Source of the DNA: an uncultured Actinomycetes bacterium
GTDB lineage: Bacteria > Actinomycetota > Thermoleophilia > UBA2241
Reading direction: 5' to 3'
DNA: 64,000 nt
Assembly: GCA_963725665.1 (NCBI GenBank)
Contig: CAVRZA010000011.1
Location: 320,001-384,000 of the forward strand
The notes below the pieces were generated by a model. That model worked only from the letters and a program-made list of their open reading frames with translations. It was not told the origin of the DNA and searched no databases. The position numbers were made by a program, and so were the translations under genes. This document shows positions 1-9,403 of this stretch, in pieces. Position 1 is the first letter of the stretch. Every line of letters starts with the position of its first letter.

Positions 1-3000
1 AGGCGCTGTCCGGTCAGGGGATGTTCCCGGATCAGCGCCCACTCGTCTCCGGAGAGGGCCCCGCGTTTGTTGAGGATGTGTTCCGGCACGCTGATCTCGC
101 CGATGTCGCAGAGGCGAGCGGCCTCGACGACAACGGTCGTCTCAGTCTCGGGTAGACCGAGGCCTGTGGCCATCCCGCCGGCCAGGCGCGCCACGGCCTC
201 ACCGCGCTTGGCCGCATACGCGTCCCTGGCCTCGACGACCTCGGCGATGAGAGACAGATACCCGTGCCCCTGAGTGTGGATGACGCGCTCGGAAGCAGTG
301 GCCACCTCTTCGAGGGAGAAGGCCACGACCCTGTTGCGTCCGTGGCGCTTGGCTCTATACATGGACCAGTCGGCCTTGTCGAGGAGCTCCTCCTTGCCGT
401 CGGCGTCGTCGGGGAACGTCGCCGCGCCGATGCTTATGGTGAGGCCGCCCCGTCCGTTCTCGAAGGTCGCATCGGCCACGCCGGCACGGATCCGCTCGGC
501 GACCTCCGATGCCTCCGCCGCGCCGGTCTCTATGAGGACGACGCAGAACTCCTCGCCGCCGTAACGGGCCACCAGGTCGACGCGCCGGATGGAGTCCTCG
601 ATGATGCGCGCCACCGCCCGCAGGGCGCGGTCGCCGGTGCTGTGCCCCAGGAGGTCGTTGTAGTCCTTGAAGTGGTCGAGGTCGCAGAAGAGGAGTGTGA
701 GCTGCGTGCCCTCGCTGCGAGCGCGATCGATCTCCTCGCTCAGGCGGTCGTGGAGGTAGCGGTGGTTGTAGAGGCCGGTTAGGCCGTCGGTGATGGCGTC
801 GATCTCGGCGCGGCTCAGCCGCGAGGCCGCGGTCTCGAGCATCGTGGCCTGCGGCTGCCTCATCTTGCTCGTGAGGCCGACTATGTCGAGAGCGGGGATG
901 TCGACCTCGACCGCCCCGACGATGCGGCCGGCCTCGTCGCGCAGCGGCGCGAGGCCGGCCGCCCAGACACCGTACCCGTCGGCGAAGATGAGGTTCATGT
1001 CGCCCCTCTCGCCGGCGAGCACCAGGGGCAGTTCCTCGTCGGCCTTGACCTCCTCGCCGAGGTGCGAGTGTTCGGGAGACTCCGGCTCCTCGGCGTCGAC
1101 GACGATCATGTGCTTGCCGTCGCGCTCGACCTGGGTCGTCACGTAGCGCACGGGGGGGTTGGCGTCGCGCAGCTCACGCAGCATGCTTGCCATCTTGAGG
1201 TACTCGGGGCGACGCTCGTCGTCTGGCTCACGCAGGAGCGTGTGCTCGGCCGGGTCGATCCTCGCCGCACCCTCCGTGGCGATGCCCGTCGCCCACGCGT
1301 GGCGTTCCGTGAGCCTGGCGAGCACGCGCTCGAACGCCTCGACCATGGCCGGGTCGAACTGGCTGCCCGCGCAGCGGCGCAGCTCCAGCAGGCACTCCGC
1401 GTACGAACGCGCCGCCTTGTAGGGGCGTTGCAGCGACATGGCGTCGTAGGAGTCGACGATGCACATCGCGCGGGCAAGAGGCGGGATCTCTTCGCCGGCG
1501 ATGCCGTCGGGGTAGCCGCCGCCCTCGTAACGTTCGTGATGGTGGCGCACGCCGAGGACTAGCTGCTCGTCGAAGAGAGGACGGATGATATCGGCGCTGA
1601 TGACGGGGTGCTCGCGCATGAGTCCCCACTCCTCCGGGTTCAGCGGTCCCTGCTTCAACAGCACGCGGTCGGAGACGCCGATCTTGCCGATGTCGTGCAG
1701 GTAGGCCGCCTCCTCCACCTCCTCCAGCAGCTCGATCGGCCAGCCCAGCTCGTGGCCGAGCATCACAGCATAGGCGGCGACACGCGCGGCGTGGCCCAGC
1801 GTGTAGTAGTCCTTGGCGGTGAGGGCGGTGCTCAGCCCCTTGAGGTTGCTCAGGTGCAGGCGCTTTATCTCGTCGTAGAGCCGGGCGTTGCGGACGGCGA
1901 GGGAGAGCTGCACTCCGACGCGCTCGAGGAGCTGCAGGTCGGCGGTGCCGAAGGCGTGGGTCGCGGCGGACAGCAGAGCCAGTGCGCCGGCCGGTGTGCC
2001 GTCGCCGTCAAAGACACCCACGACGATGGCCGACGAGGCGTCGCCGAGCAGCGAGCCTGCCTGGGGGATCGGGTCTTCGCGAGGGAGGTCGAGGGCGACG
2101 ACGGGCGCTGCGGTGAGGCGGGCGATGAATGCCGGATCGACGTCGAGGTCGGCTGCCCATTCGATCTCGGAGAGGGGCCGCGGCCAGGTGAAGACGGCGC
2201 GCAGCGCACCGTCTTCGCGCAGCACGAACCCAGCCTTGTCAAAGGAGTACAGCGGAGCGAGCTGCTCCACTACCGCGCGTGCTATGTCGGGCAGCTCGAG
2301 GCTGGCGGTCGTGCTGCTCGCGATCGCGTTCAACAGCGCGTTCTCGCGCGTGCGGAGCTGGGCGCTCTCGAACAAGTCGGCGTTGTGGATGGCGAGGGCG
2401 GCCACGCGGCAGATCGACTGGACGAGCTCGATCTCGGCCTCGCTGAACTCCCGTTCTACGCGCCGGTCGAGCAGTTCCACCGCGCCGATCACGACGTCAT
2501 TGACGATCAAGGGAACGACGAGGAATACCTGCTGGCCGTACTCCCGCAGCGCCGCCGCGGCACGAGGACTCACGCGGGGGTCGCCGCGGCGCAGCACGGC
2601 GGGGCGTCGCGATTCCGCGACGATCTGCATCGGCGACCAGTCGGCTAGTGAGAGCGCCTTTGCCCGCCGCAGCCACGGCTCGTCGAGGGCGCCGTCGACC
2701 ACGCTCGCCAGGCAGTCCAAGTGCTCGTTGCCACGCAGGATGTAGACGTCGCAGTCGGGCACGCCGATGGTCGAGGTGAGGCGCATGGCGGTCGACAGGA
2801 GGACGTCTCGCAAGGCGAGCGTGGAGGAGAGCTCCATGCTGGTCTCGCTCAGCAGCGCGAGCTGCCCGAGGCTCTTTTGCAGCTCTTTGTTGGTATCGCG
2901 CAGGCTCTCGATCAGCTTGCCGTTGTGGATGGCGATCGCGGCCTGTTCGCCCAGTGCGGTCACGACTTCGATCTCGGCCGGCGTGAAGTGGCGCTCCCTG

Positions 3001-5759
3001 TCGAGTTCCAAGAGCTCCATGATCCCGACCGGCTGGCCGGCGAAGTACAGCGGAGCGTTGAGCGAGGTCTTCGCGCCCCAGCGCTCCATCGATGCGCGGC
3101 TGCAGGGGTGGATGGCCGGGTCCGAGAGGGAGTCCTCGACGATCTCACCCTGAGCCAGTTGAGCAACGTGGTTGGGCCACTCTTCGAGCGGGAAGCGCTT
3201 ACCCAGGTACTCGTACTCCTCGCGCCGTGCCGAGAAGAAAGCCCTCGCGGCCTCTTCGCGCCGCTGTTCGTCGACCTCGAAGATCACGCACTCGTCGCAG
3301 TCAAGCGCGGCTACCGCCTCACGCGCGACGATGACGAGCGACTCGTCGAGCTCCGCGGCCGAGGATATCGCCCGGCTGGCATCGAGCAGCGAAGCCAGCT
3401 GCAGCGTCTGTCGTTCCTGGCGCCGGTAGAGCTGGGCGTTGCGGATCGCCGCCGCAGCCTGCTCCCCGAAGGCGCGCGCCATGTCGAGCTCTGCGGGGGA
3501 GAAGTGACGTTCTGCGCCGTGCTCGGCGATCTCCATAAGGCCGACGATCTCGTCGCCGAAGCGCAACGGCACGCTGACGAGAGTCGTCTCGTGCCACTCG
3601 TCCATCTCGGCGCGCGTGCGCTCGTCCAAGTCCGCGTCGGACCGGTGACGCTCGATGATCGCCGACTCGAGCAACAGATCGTACTCGGGCCAGGTGGCGT
3701 AGGGGTACGCGGTGCCGATGTCGGCGCCGCCCGCGTAGGCGGCGTCGCGCTCGTACTCGCAGCGCCAGCGAAAGGCCTCGGCCTGCGCGTCGAGTTCGTA
3801 GATGTAGCAGGCCCCGGTGTCGAGCAGCTCACCGGCACGCTTCGCGACGAGCTGCAGGACATCCTCGAGCACCAGGGTCGAGCTGATGGCGCGGCTGGTG
3901 TCAAGAAGGCTCGAGACCCTGCGCGCCTCCTCCTCGCGCCGGCGCGCGCTGTCCAGGAGCTCTCGGTTGCGGTCGTTCACCTGATCGAGCAGGAAGCGGT
4001 TCTCGAGGGCCCCCGCCACCATCTGCCCGGCGCTGGTGATGAAATCGAGGTACTCGGCGAAATCGCGCTCGCGGTCGTCGAAGACGTCGATTATCCCGAT
4101 CAGGCGCTCGCCGGCGAGCAGGGGGATGCACAGCTCGCTGACGTACCCCCAACGTGCGAAGATGGCGCGCTCCGCCGAGTTCAGCCGCGGGTCGTCGGGG
4201 TTGGTGACGACGAGCACCTCGCCCGCACTGGCGAACCGTCTGGTGAGCGGGTACTCCTCGGTGTCGAGCACCGTGCCCACGCACTCGTCGTCGAAGCCGA
4301 CGTCGCGCTCGTAGCCGGCTCGGCAGCACAGCGTTCCCACATCGTCGGCAAGGTACACTTCGCAATCAGCCGCTTCGATGGTGAGTGTGAGGCGGTGGGT
4401 GACCTCTCGCAGGAAGTCCTCGGCGTCGGGAGACTGCGCCGTCACTGCGCCGAGGTCGACGAGGGCCTTGAGGACCTTGCTCCGGCGCTCCGCGAGCCTG
4501 TAGAGGAGAGCTTTCTCCATCGCGCCGCCGATCACCTGGGCGGCGCCCTTCATGAAGTCGAGGTACTGCCGGAAATCGCGCGGCCGGTCGTCGTAGATCT
4601 CGATGACGCCGACCGCGCGGCGATCGACCATGAGGGGCACGCACAGCTCACTCGCGAACCCGTACTCGTCGTAGACGGCCAGATCCTCGGCGGTGAGGCG
4701 GGGATCCGTGCGATCGTGCACGATGACGGGCTCGCCGCTCTTCACCGCCTCGGCGGCCAAAGGGTAGAGGTCGAGACGCAGCGCCTTGCCCACCACGCTC
4801 TCGTCGTCTCCGGAACGGTCGACGCTGACCAGGCAGGTGAAGACCCCCTTCTCCTGGATCTTGTAGATGTCGCAGTCGGTTGCGCCCAGAGTCGTGAGCA
4901 GGCGCCGCGCAACCGAGCGCAGGAGCTCGTCGACATCGTGCGAATGGGAGACGAGCCTGCCGATGTCGACGAGCTCTCGCAGGGCTGCGTTGTGGCGCTC
5001 GACCTGCTCGAAGAGCCGCGCGTTCTCGATGACGCGGGCGGCGACCTCGGCGAGGCCCCGAATGAGCTCGAGGTCGTCGGCGTAGTCGCGCGGCACCGTG
5101 TCCGAAAGCTCCGCGAGGCCAATGACCTCGTCGTGCGCGACGAGCGGCAGGGAGAGCTGCGACTGGTATCCCCACGAGGCGAGCGACGTGCGCACCTCGG
5201 GCGTCAGGACCGGATCGTCGAGGCTTGCGACCACCCGGACCTGTAGTGACTCGATCGCCTGGCGTGTAGCGGGGTAGTCGGCGATGCGGAAGGTCTTGCC
5301 CTCCCAGCTTGGGTCGAAGGCGCCGTTGTCGTAGCTGACGAGGGCCCTGATGCTCCCGTCCTCTACGGCGTAGATGTCGGCTACGGGCGAGTGAGTCGCA
5401 TCGGCAAGACGGCGGGCGACGGCGCGCAAGACGTCGTCGACGCTGTGGCGCTCGGCGCCTTCGAGGCCGGCCTCGACGATTGCGCCGAGATCAGCCACGC
5501 GACGCCGGAGCTCGGAGACCGTGAGGCGCTCGGGGTCGGGCCGCGCCTTGGATGCGGTAGGCCGCTCCTGGGCGGCGAGAAGCGCCTGGAGGTCTTCGCG
5601 CCGGAAGCGCCGATGCCCTCCGGGGCTGCGATAGCAGGCTATCTTGCCCGTGTCGCTCCAGCGGCGGAGGGTGTTCAAACTGACGCCGAGAAGATCTGCT
5701 GCGTCGTTGACGCGCAGCCAGCCGTTGCGTCGCTTTGAACGTGTGGCGGACAGCCCCAT
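1..5759 (-). CDS. Giant c-di-GMP signalling protein: BldC/excisionase-like HTH + 7 GAF + HD-GYP + Cache/PDC-like + GGEEF + degenerate HD-GYP (3' end outside window)
   Basis: Manual translation from ATG 5759 gives MGLSATRSKRRNGWLRVNDAADLLGVSLNTLRRWSDTGKIACYRSPEGHRRFRREDLQALL. GAF ends ENARLF/MEKALLY/LENRFLL/IRNAQLY/IHNGKLI/IHNADLF/VRNARLY follow, then YLHDIGKI...HHHERYEGGGYPDG (~1700-1500), DLDHFKDYND...RRVDLVARYGGEEF (~690-545) and LCDIGEISVPEHILNKRGAL (~115-55). The checked segments share one frame, and the track lists no closed ORF in it. Confidence 0.9.
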   Translation of the reverse strand, partial: MGLSATRSKRRNGWLRVNDAADLLGVSLNTLRRWSDTGKIACYRSPGGHRRFRREDLQALLAAQERPTASKARPDPERLTVSELRRRVADLGAIVEAGLEGAERHSVDDVLRAVARRLADATHSPVADIYAVEDGSIRALVSYDNGAFDPSWEGKTFRIADYPATRQAIESLQVRVVASLDDPVLTPEVRTSLASWGYQSQLSLPLVAHDEVIGLAELSDTVPRDYADDLELIRGLAEVAARVIENARLFEQVERHNAALRELVDIGRLVSHSHDVDELLRSVARRLLTTLGATDCDIYKIQEKGVFTCLVSVDRSGDDESVVGKALRLDLYPLAAEAVKSGEPVIVHDRTDPRLTAEDLAVYDEYGFASELCVPLMVDRRAVGVIEIYDDRPRDFRQYLDFMKGAAQVIGGAMEKALLYRLAERRSKVLKALVDLGAVTAQSPDAEDFLREVTHRLTLTIEAADCEVYLADDVGTLCCRAGYERDVGFDDECVGTVLDTEEYPLTRRFASAGEVLVVTNPDDPRLNSAERAIFARWGYVSELCIPLLAGERLIGIIDVFDDRERDFAEYLDFITSAGQMVAGALENRFLLDQVNDRNRELLDSARRREEEARRVSSLLDTSRAISSTLVLEDVLQLVAKRAGELLDTGACYIYELDAQAEAFRWRCEYERDAAYAGGADIGTAYPYATWPEYDLLLESAIIERHRSDADLDERTRAEMDEWHETTLVSVPLRFGDEIVGLMEIAEHGAERHFSPAELDMARAFGEQAAAAIRNAQLYRRQERQTLQLASLLDASRAISSAAELDESLVIVAREAVAALDCDECVIFEVDEQRREEAARAFFSARREEYEYLGKRFPLEEWPNHVAQLAQGEIVEDSLSDPAIHPCSRASMERWGAKTSLNAPLYFAGQPVGIMELLELDRERHFTPAEIEVVTALGEQAAIAIHNGKLIESLRDTNKELQKSLGQLALLSETSMELSSTLALRDVLLSTAMRLTSTIGVPDCDVYILRGNEHLDCLASVVDGALDEPWLRRAKALSLADWSPMQIVAESRRPAVLRRGDPRVSPRAAAALREYGQQVFLVVPLIVNDVVIGAVELLDRRVEREFSEAEIELVQSICRVAALAIHNADLFESAQLRTRENALLNAIASSTTASLELPDIARAVVEQLAPLYSFDKAGFVLREDGALRAVFTWPRPLSEIEWAADLDVDPAFIARLTAAPVVALDLPREDPIPQAGSLLGDASSAIVVGVFDGDGTPAGALALLSAATHAFGTADLQLLERVGVQLSLAVRNARLYDEIKRLHLSNLKGLSTALTAKDYYTLGHAARVAAYAVMLGHELGWPIELLEEVEEAAYLHDIGKIGVSDRVLLKQGPLNPEEWGLMREHPVISADIIRPLFDEQLVLGVRHHHERYEGGGYPDGIAGEEIPPLARAMCIVDSYDAMSLQRPYKAARSYAECLLELRRCAGSQFDPAMVEAFERVLARLTERHAWATGIATEGAARIDPAEHTLLREPDDERRPEYLKMASMLRELRDANPPVRYVTTQVERDGKHMIVVDAEEPESPEHSHLGEEVKADEELPLVLAGERGDMNLIFADGYGVWAAGLAPLRDEAGRIVGAVEVDIPALDIVGLTSKMRQPQATMLETAASRLSRAEIDAITDGLTGLYNHRYLHDRLSEEIDRARSEGTQLTLLFCDLDHFKDYNDLLGHSTGDRALRAVARIIEDSIRRVDLVARYGGEEFCVVLIETGAAEASEVAERIRAGVADATFENGRGGLTISIGAATFPDDADGKEELLDKADWSMYRAKRHGRNRVVAFSLEEVATASERVIHTQGHGYLSLIAEVVEARDAYAAKRGEAVARLAGGMATGLGLPETETTVVVEAARLCDIGEISVPEHILNKRGALSGDEWALIREHPLTGQR

Positions 5760-5923
5760 CCCACCCGTTCATCGGCTATCCGCGCTCGGAACTTGACCAA
5801 TCCTACAATCCACGCGTTCCGTGAGAGCGCGCTCGGGGTCGGGTTGGCGGCGCTGCATCGGGTGGGCGGGCTCGAAGGACCACGCGACACCCGCGCGGGA
5901 CCGCCGAGGCGCGGGAAGAGGGG

Positions 5924-7108
5924 TCACTCGATTTCGCTGGGCTCCTCAGGGTGACGCGCGCCATCCGTGCGCGGCGAGCGTGCTGCGGCGCCGACGACGG
6001 ATTGGCCCTTTGATCCGGCGCGCAGCTTCGGAGTGCTCCCGGGGGGAGCGGGGCGATGGGCGAGGACGGCGCGGGCGATGTCCGCGAAAGCCCCGCCGAC
6101 CGCGGTCTCGGGATGAAGGGCCGCCGGGATGCCGGTGTCGCCGCCCTGTCGGGTATCTGGATCGAGCGGGATGCGGCCGAGGAGCCGCGTCTGCATCGTA
6201 TGGGCGATCTCGCAAGCACCGCCGCGACCGAAGAGGTAGTGCTTCTCGCCGCAGCTCGGGCAGAGGAAGTAGGCCATGTTCTCCACGACGCCCAGCAGCG
6301 GGTGGCCAGTCATCTGCGCCATTCGCGCGGCCTTGATGGCGACCTTGGCCGCGGCTTCCTGCGGTGTGGTCACGAGGAGGATCTCGGCCGCCGGCATCGC
6401 TCGCGCCACTGTGAGAGCGACGTCACCGGTCCCGGGGGGCAGGTCGATGAGAAGGATGTCGGGGCTTCCCCACAGCACGTCGGCCAGGAACTGTTCGAGG
6501 GCGCGGCCGAGCATCGGCCCCCGCCACACCACGGGCTCGCCGCCGGCGAGGAAGAGCCCCATCGACACGAACTTGATGCCGTGGCGCTCGGGGGGGACGA
6601 GCTTGCCCTCATGCGCCCCCGGCGGCACGGCCGGCGCCCCGAGCATGAGGGGGACGGTGGGCCCGTAGACGTCTGCGTCGATGACCGCGACCGCCAGGCC
6701 TTCTTGCGCCAGCGCGACCGCGAGATTGACGGCGACGGTCGACTTGCCGACCCCTCCCTTGCCGCTGGCCACGGCGATCGTGCGCGTCTTCGAGCCGGGG
6801 CCGAACAGGTTGCCGGGCGTCGCCGGGCGCGAGGAGGACGAGCGCGCCAGCGCTTCTCTCTCCTCGCGCGTCATGGCCGTGATCGTCACCTCGACGCGAC
6901 GGTCGCCCGCGATGGCGCGCAGGGCGGCTTCGGCCTGACTCCTTATCCTGTCGCGCAGGGGGCAGGCTGACGTCGTCAGGGCCAGGGTCGCACGCACGAC
7001 CTCGTGGCCGGCGTGCACGTCGCCCACCATGCCGAGGTCGACGAGGCTGCGCCCGAGCTCCGGATCCTTAACGGTCGCCAATGCGGCGATGATGTCTCGG
7101 TCGTCCAC
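5924..7108 (-). CDS. mrp: Mrp/NBP35 (ApbC) Fe-S cluster carrier ATPase with N-terminal DUF59 domain
   Basis: KDPELGRSLVDLGMV, SACPL, ASGKGGVGKSTV, DADVYGP, VVWRGPML, DLPPGTGD, ENMAYFLCPSCG. GTG start at 7108 follows GGAGGA. Confidence 0.92.
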   Translation of the reverse strand: MDDRDIIAALATVKDPELGRSLVDLGMVGDVHAGHEVVRATLALTTSACPLRDRIRSQAEAALRAIAGDRRVEVTITAMTREEREALARSSSSRPATPGNLFGPGSKTRTIAVASGKGGVGKSTVAVNLAVALAQEGLAVAVIDADVYGPTVPLMLGAPAVPPGAHEGKLVPPERHGIKFVSMGLFLAGGEPVVWRGPMLGRALEQFLADVLWGSPDILLIDLPPGTGDVALTVARAMPAAEILLVTTPQEAAAKVAIKAARMAQMTGHPLLGVVENMAYFLCPSCGEKHYLFGRGGACEIAHTMQTRLLGRIPLDPDTRQGGDTGIPAALHPETAVGGAFADIARAVLAHRPAPPGSTPKLRAGSKGQSVVGAAARSPRTDGARHPEEPSEIE

Positions 7109-7360
7109 TATCCTCCACTCTCGTTGTGCCATCCGGCGGCGGAGAGGCAAGTCGCGCTCGCCGCGGGCCCCGACAGTGCCCCGAGCCCCGGGGTCTGGCG
7201 GTAACCACTACGTCTCTAGTGTAAATTGCCACGCCGAGGGGAGCAACGCGAGGATGACCTTCGCTCACCGTTACGATGCAGGAAGCCGGAGACGCGGTGC
7301 CGGGGTCGCCGGGCAGCGGTCGTCTCCTGGGCAGCGTAACCGCCTGCCTCGGTGACGGGT

Positions 7361-7415
7361 GTTCATAGGCTTTGCAGACCCAGTTCACACGGTCTTCACA
7401 ACTGTGCCCTACCCT
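7361..7415 (+). promoter_or_regulatory. Four 11-bp-period direct repeats (OmpR/PhoB-type operator) and candidate -10
   Basis: GTTCATAGGCT-TTGCAGACCCA-GTTCACACGGT-CTTCACAACTG (7361-7404), then TACCCT at 7410-7415. Confidence 0.55.
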
Positions 7416-7467
7416 GTGTTCACGAGCAGGAGTCCGAACGGCCGGTCACGGCCGGTCAGGAGGCAGA

Positions 7468-8001
7468 ATGAGACGCTGGAAGGTCTGGATACTCGTGGCA
7501 GGAGTGGCGGCGACCGTCGGGCTCTTACTCTTCACGACAGGCGCGGGCGCCGCGACGCGCAAAGCGGTCCCCAGGCTGTGGGGCGGTGGCGGCGCTTGCC
7601 GCACCCTGATGAGCAACCCCGACGCTCTAAAGGCGATGCAGGCGCTGCGCACCGAGCACCGCCAGGACATGCAGGCGTGGTGGCAGAAGTACGGCGGTGA
7701 TCCTTCCAGTGCTGCGGCGCAGAAGGCGCTGAAGGAGCTGCGCCAGGAGCACTGGAACGACATGCAGCAGCTCTTCAAGAAGTTCGGCATCAAGGTACCC
7801 CAGGGGAGCTCCCCGGGCGGGTACGGCCCCGGGATGATGGGCGGCGCCGGAGGCAACCGAGGAGCGGGTGGAGGCTGCTGGCGGAACGGTACGCCGGCGC
7901 CGAGCGCAACGGCCTCGCCGGGTGCATCCAGCGGCGGGACGTCGTACGGCCCTGGGATGATGGGCGGCGGCTACGGCGGCATGATGGGGCAGAGCCTGTA
8001 G
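7468..8001 (+). CDS. Secreted Spy/CpxP/ZraP-like helical protein with Gly/Met-rich tail
   Basis: AGGAGG RBS then ATG 7468; signal peptide; repeats LRTEHRQDMQ/LRQEHWNDMQ and YGPGMMGG twice. Confidence 0.7.
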   Translation: MRRWKVWILVAGVAATVGLLLFTTGAGAATRKAVPRLWGGGGACRTLMSNPDALKAMQALRTEHRQDMQAWWQKYGGDPSSAAAQKALKELRQEHWNDMQQLFKKFGIKVPQGSSPGGYGPGMMGGAGGNRGAGGGCWRNGTPAPSATASPGASSGGTSYGPGMMGGGYGGMMGQSL

Positions 8002-8068
8002 TAGGCGTCTCTTTTCACAGGCGCCGGCCGGAGCCGCGTGCCACGGCCGGGAGTCCGCATGTGAGGCA

Positions 8069-8113
8069 GTGAAACGGGGCGGGCAGTCCTTCGGGCAGCC
8101 CGCCCCGTTTCAC
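8069..8113. terminator. Hairpin between convergent genes
   Basis: 16-bp inverted repeat GTGAAACGGGGCGGGC / GCCCGCCCCGTTTCAC. Confidence 0.65.
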
Positions 8114-8120
8114 GTGAAAC
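8107..8120. promoter_or_regulatory. parS: parS centromere-like site
   Basis: Perfect palindrome GTTTCACGTGAAAC, the actinobacterial parS consensus; parAB lies 15 kb away. Confidence 0.8.
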
Positions 8121-8185
8121 CGACCCTCGCGGCTGGCTGCCGTCCGGGACAGGCCGCCTGTGCGGGAGCCATGCGGTCGGCACGC

Positions 8186-8209
8186 AGGGGGCGCCCCGCG
8201 GCGCCCCCT
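8186..8209 (-). terminator. GC hairpin downstream of kdd
   Basis: AGGGGGCGCC-ccgc-GGCGCCCCCT, 30 nt after the kdd stop. Confidence 0.45.
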
Positions 8210-8239
8210 CGCAGACCCGGTGGCCGACCGATTCGGTCG

Positions 8240-9322
8240 CTACGCCTCCTCGGCCTTGAGCCCCACCGGCTCGGGGTTACCGGCGCCGGTCGCGTAGGTG
8301 TCCTTGAAGATCTCCATCAGGATCGGGCTCTCACGCACGACTTCGAGGGAGATGACGGCGTGGTCCTTGGTGTAGCCGTTGCCGATGATCATCGTCGTGT
8401 CGGCGCCGATGCCCTCGGCGCCCAGGGCGGCTGAGGTGAAACTGGTCGCCATCGAGAAGAAGTAGACCAGTCCGTCGTCCTTGGTGGCGAGGATCGAGGC
8501 CAACTCGGTGTTCGGGATGTCGACGCAGTTGATGGTGAGATCGGCCATCTTGCCGTCGGTCGCCTTGCTGACCTCTTCCCAGACGAACAGTTGGTCAGTC
8601 GCCGAACCCTGGATGATGACATCGGCGAAGCCGGCCCTCTCGAGGCGCTTCTTGCCGGCGTCGCCGTGGACCAGACAGATGACCTTGCCGGTCGGCTTGA
8701 CGCGCTTGCGCGCCTCGTAGGCGCAGAGCAGTCCGCTCTTGCCGCCGGCGCCGATGATGAACACCGTCTGCCCTGGCTTGCTCAGCTTGGCCGCCTGCGG
8801 CGGAGCGCCGGCCACGTCGAGGATGGCGAGGGCGAGCGGCTCATCCATGTCGCTCGGCATCTTGGCGTAGATGCCGGTCTCGAAGAGGATCGCCTGGCCC
8901 TTGACCTTCACCTGGCAGGTGTCCTTGTTGATGGAAATGATCTCGTCGACCTTGAGCGGCGTCAGCGACAACGAGACGAGGGTGGCGATGCGGTCGCCGA
9001 CCTTGAGGTCGCGGTCCTTGAGCTTCGGGCCGATCTCCTTGACGGTCCCCAGGAGCATCCCGCCGGATCCGGTGTCGGGGTTGTGGTGCTTGCCGCGCTC
9101 GGCGATGATGCCGAGGCTGTGGCGGGCCATCTTCTTGACGTCGCCGCCCTCGGCCTCCTCGATCTGCGTGAAGCTGGCTGCGTCGATGTTGAGCGTGTCG
9201 ACTTCGATGAGGATCTCGTTCTCGTAGATCTCCATCGTGTTGTCGATCTTCCACGCCGGCTGCGGCAGGACGCCCTTGGGCTCGATAACGCGGTGTGCGC
9301 CGTACTTGTTGCCTTCCTTCAT
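8240..9322 (-). CDS. kdd: L-erythro-3,5-diaminohexanoate dehydrogenase
   Basis: Characteristic N-terminus GNKYGAHRVIEPKGVLPQPAWKIDN, NIDAASF, NPDTGSGGMLLG, LVSLSLTPL, GAGGKSG, YFFSMATSF; adjacent to kamDE. Confidence 0.93.
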   Translation of the reverse strand: MKEGNKYGAHRVIEPKGVLPQPAWKIDNTMEIYENEILIEVDTLNIDAASFTQIEEAEGGDVKKMARHSLGIIAERGKHHNPDTGSGGMLLGTVKEIGPKLKDRDLKVGDRIATLVSLSLTPLKVDEIISINKDTCQVKVKGQAILFETGIYAKMPSDMDEPLALAILDVAGAPPQAAKLSKPGQTVFIIGAGGKSGLLCAYEARKRVKPTGKVICLVHGDAGKKRLERAGFADVIIQGSATDQLFVWEEVSKATDGKMADLTINCVDIPNTELASILATKDDGLVYFFSMATSFTSAALGAEGIGADTTMIIGNGYTKDHAVISLEVVRESPILMEIFKDTYATGAGNPEPVGLKAEEA

Positions 9323-9403
9323 CAGCCCCTCCTCACTGTCACCGCTGCTGGCGGTCGCCGCTCTGCGGATAGTCCACGACCGGTCGGAGCGCGCCGATCG
9401 GTG

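Noticed and set aside
264-5246. Long plus-strand ORFs (e.g. 841 aa at 2721..5246, 346 aa at 1608..2648)
   Set aside because: They are antisense shadows in register with the giant minus-strand gene, typical of high-GC DNA. The same applies to 46604..49378, 8591..10219, 38463..40199 and similar ORFs.
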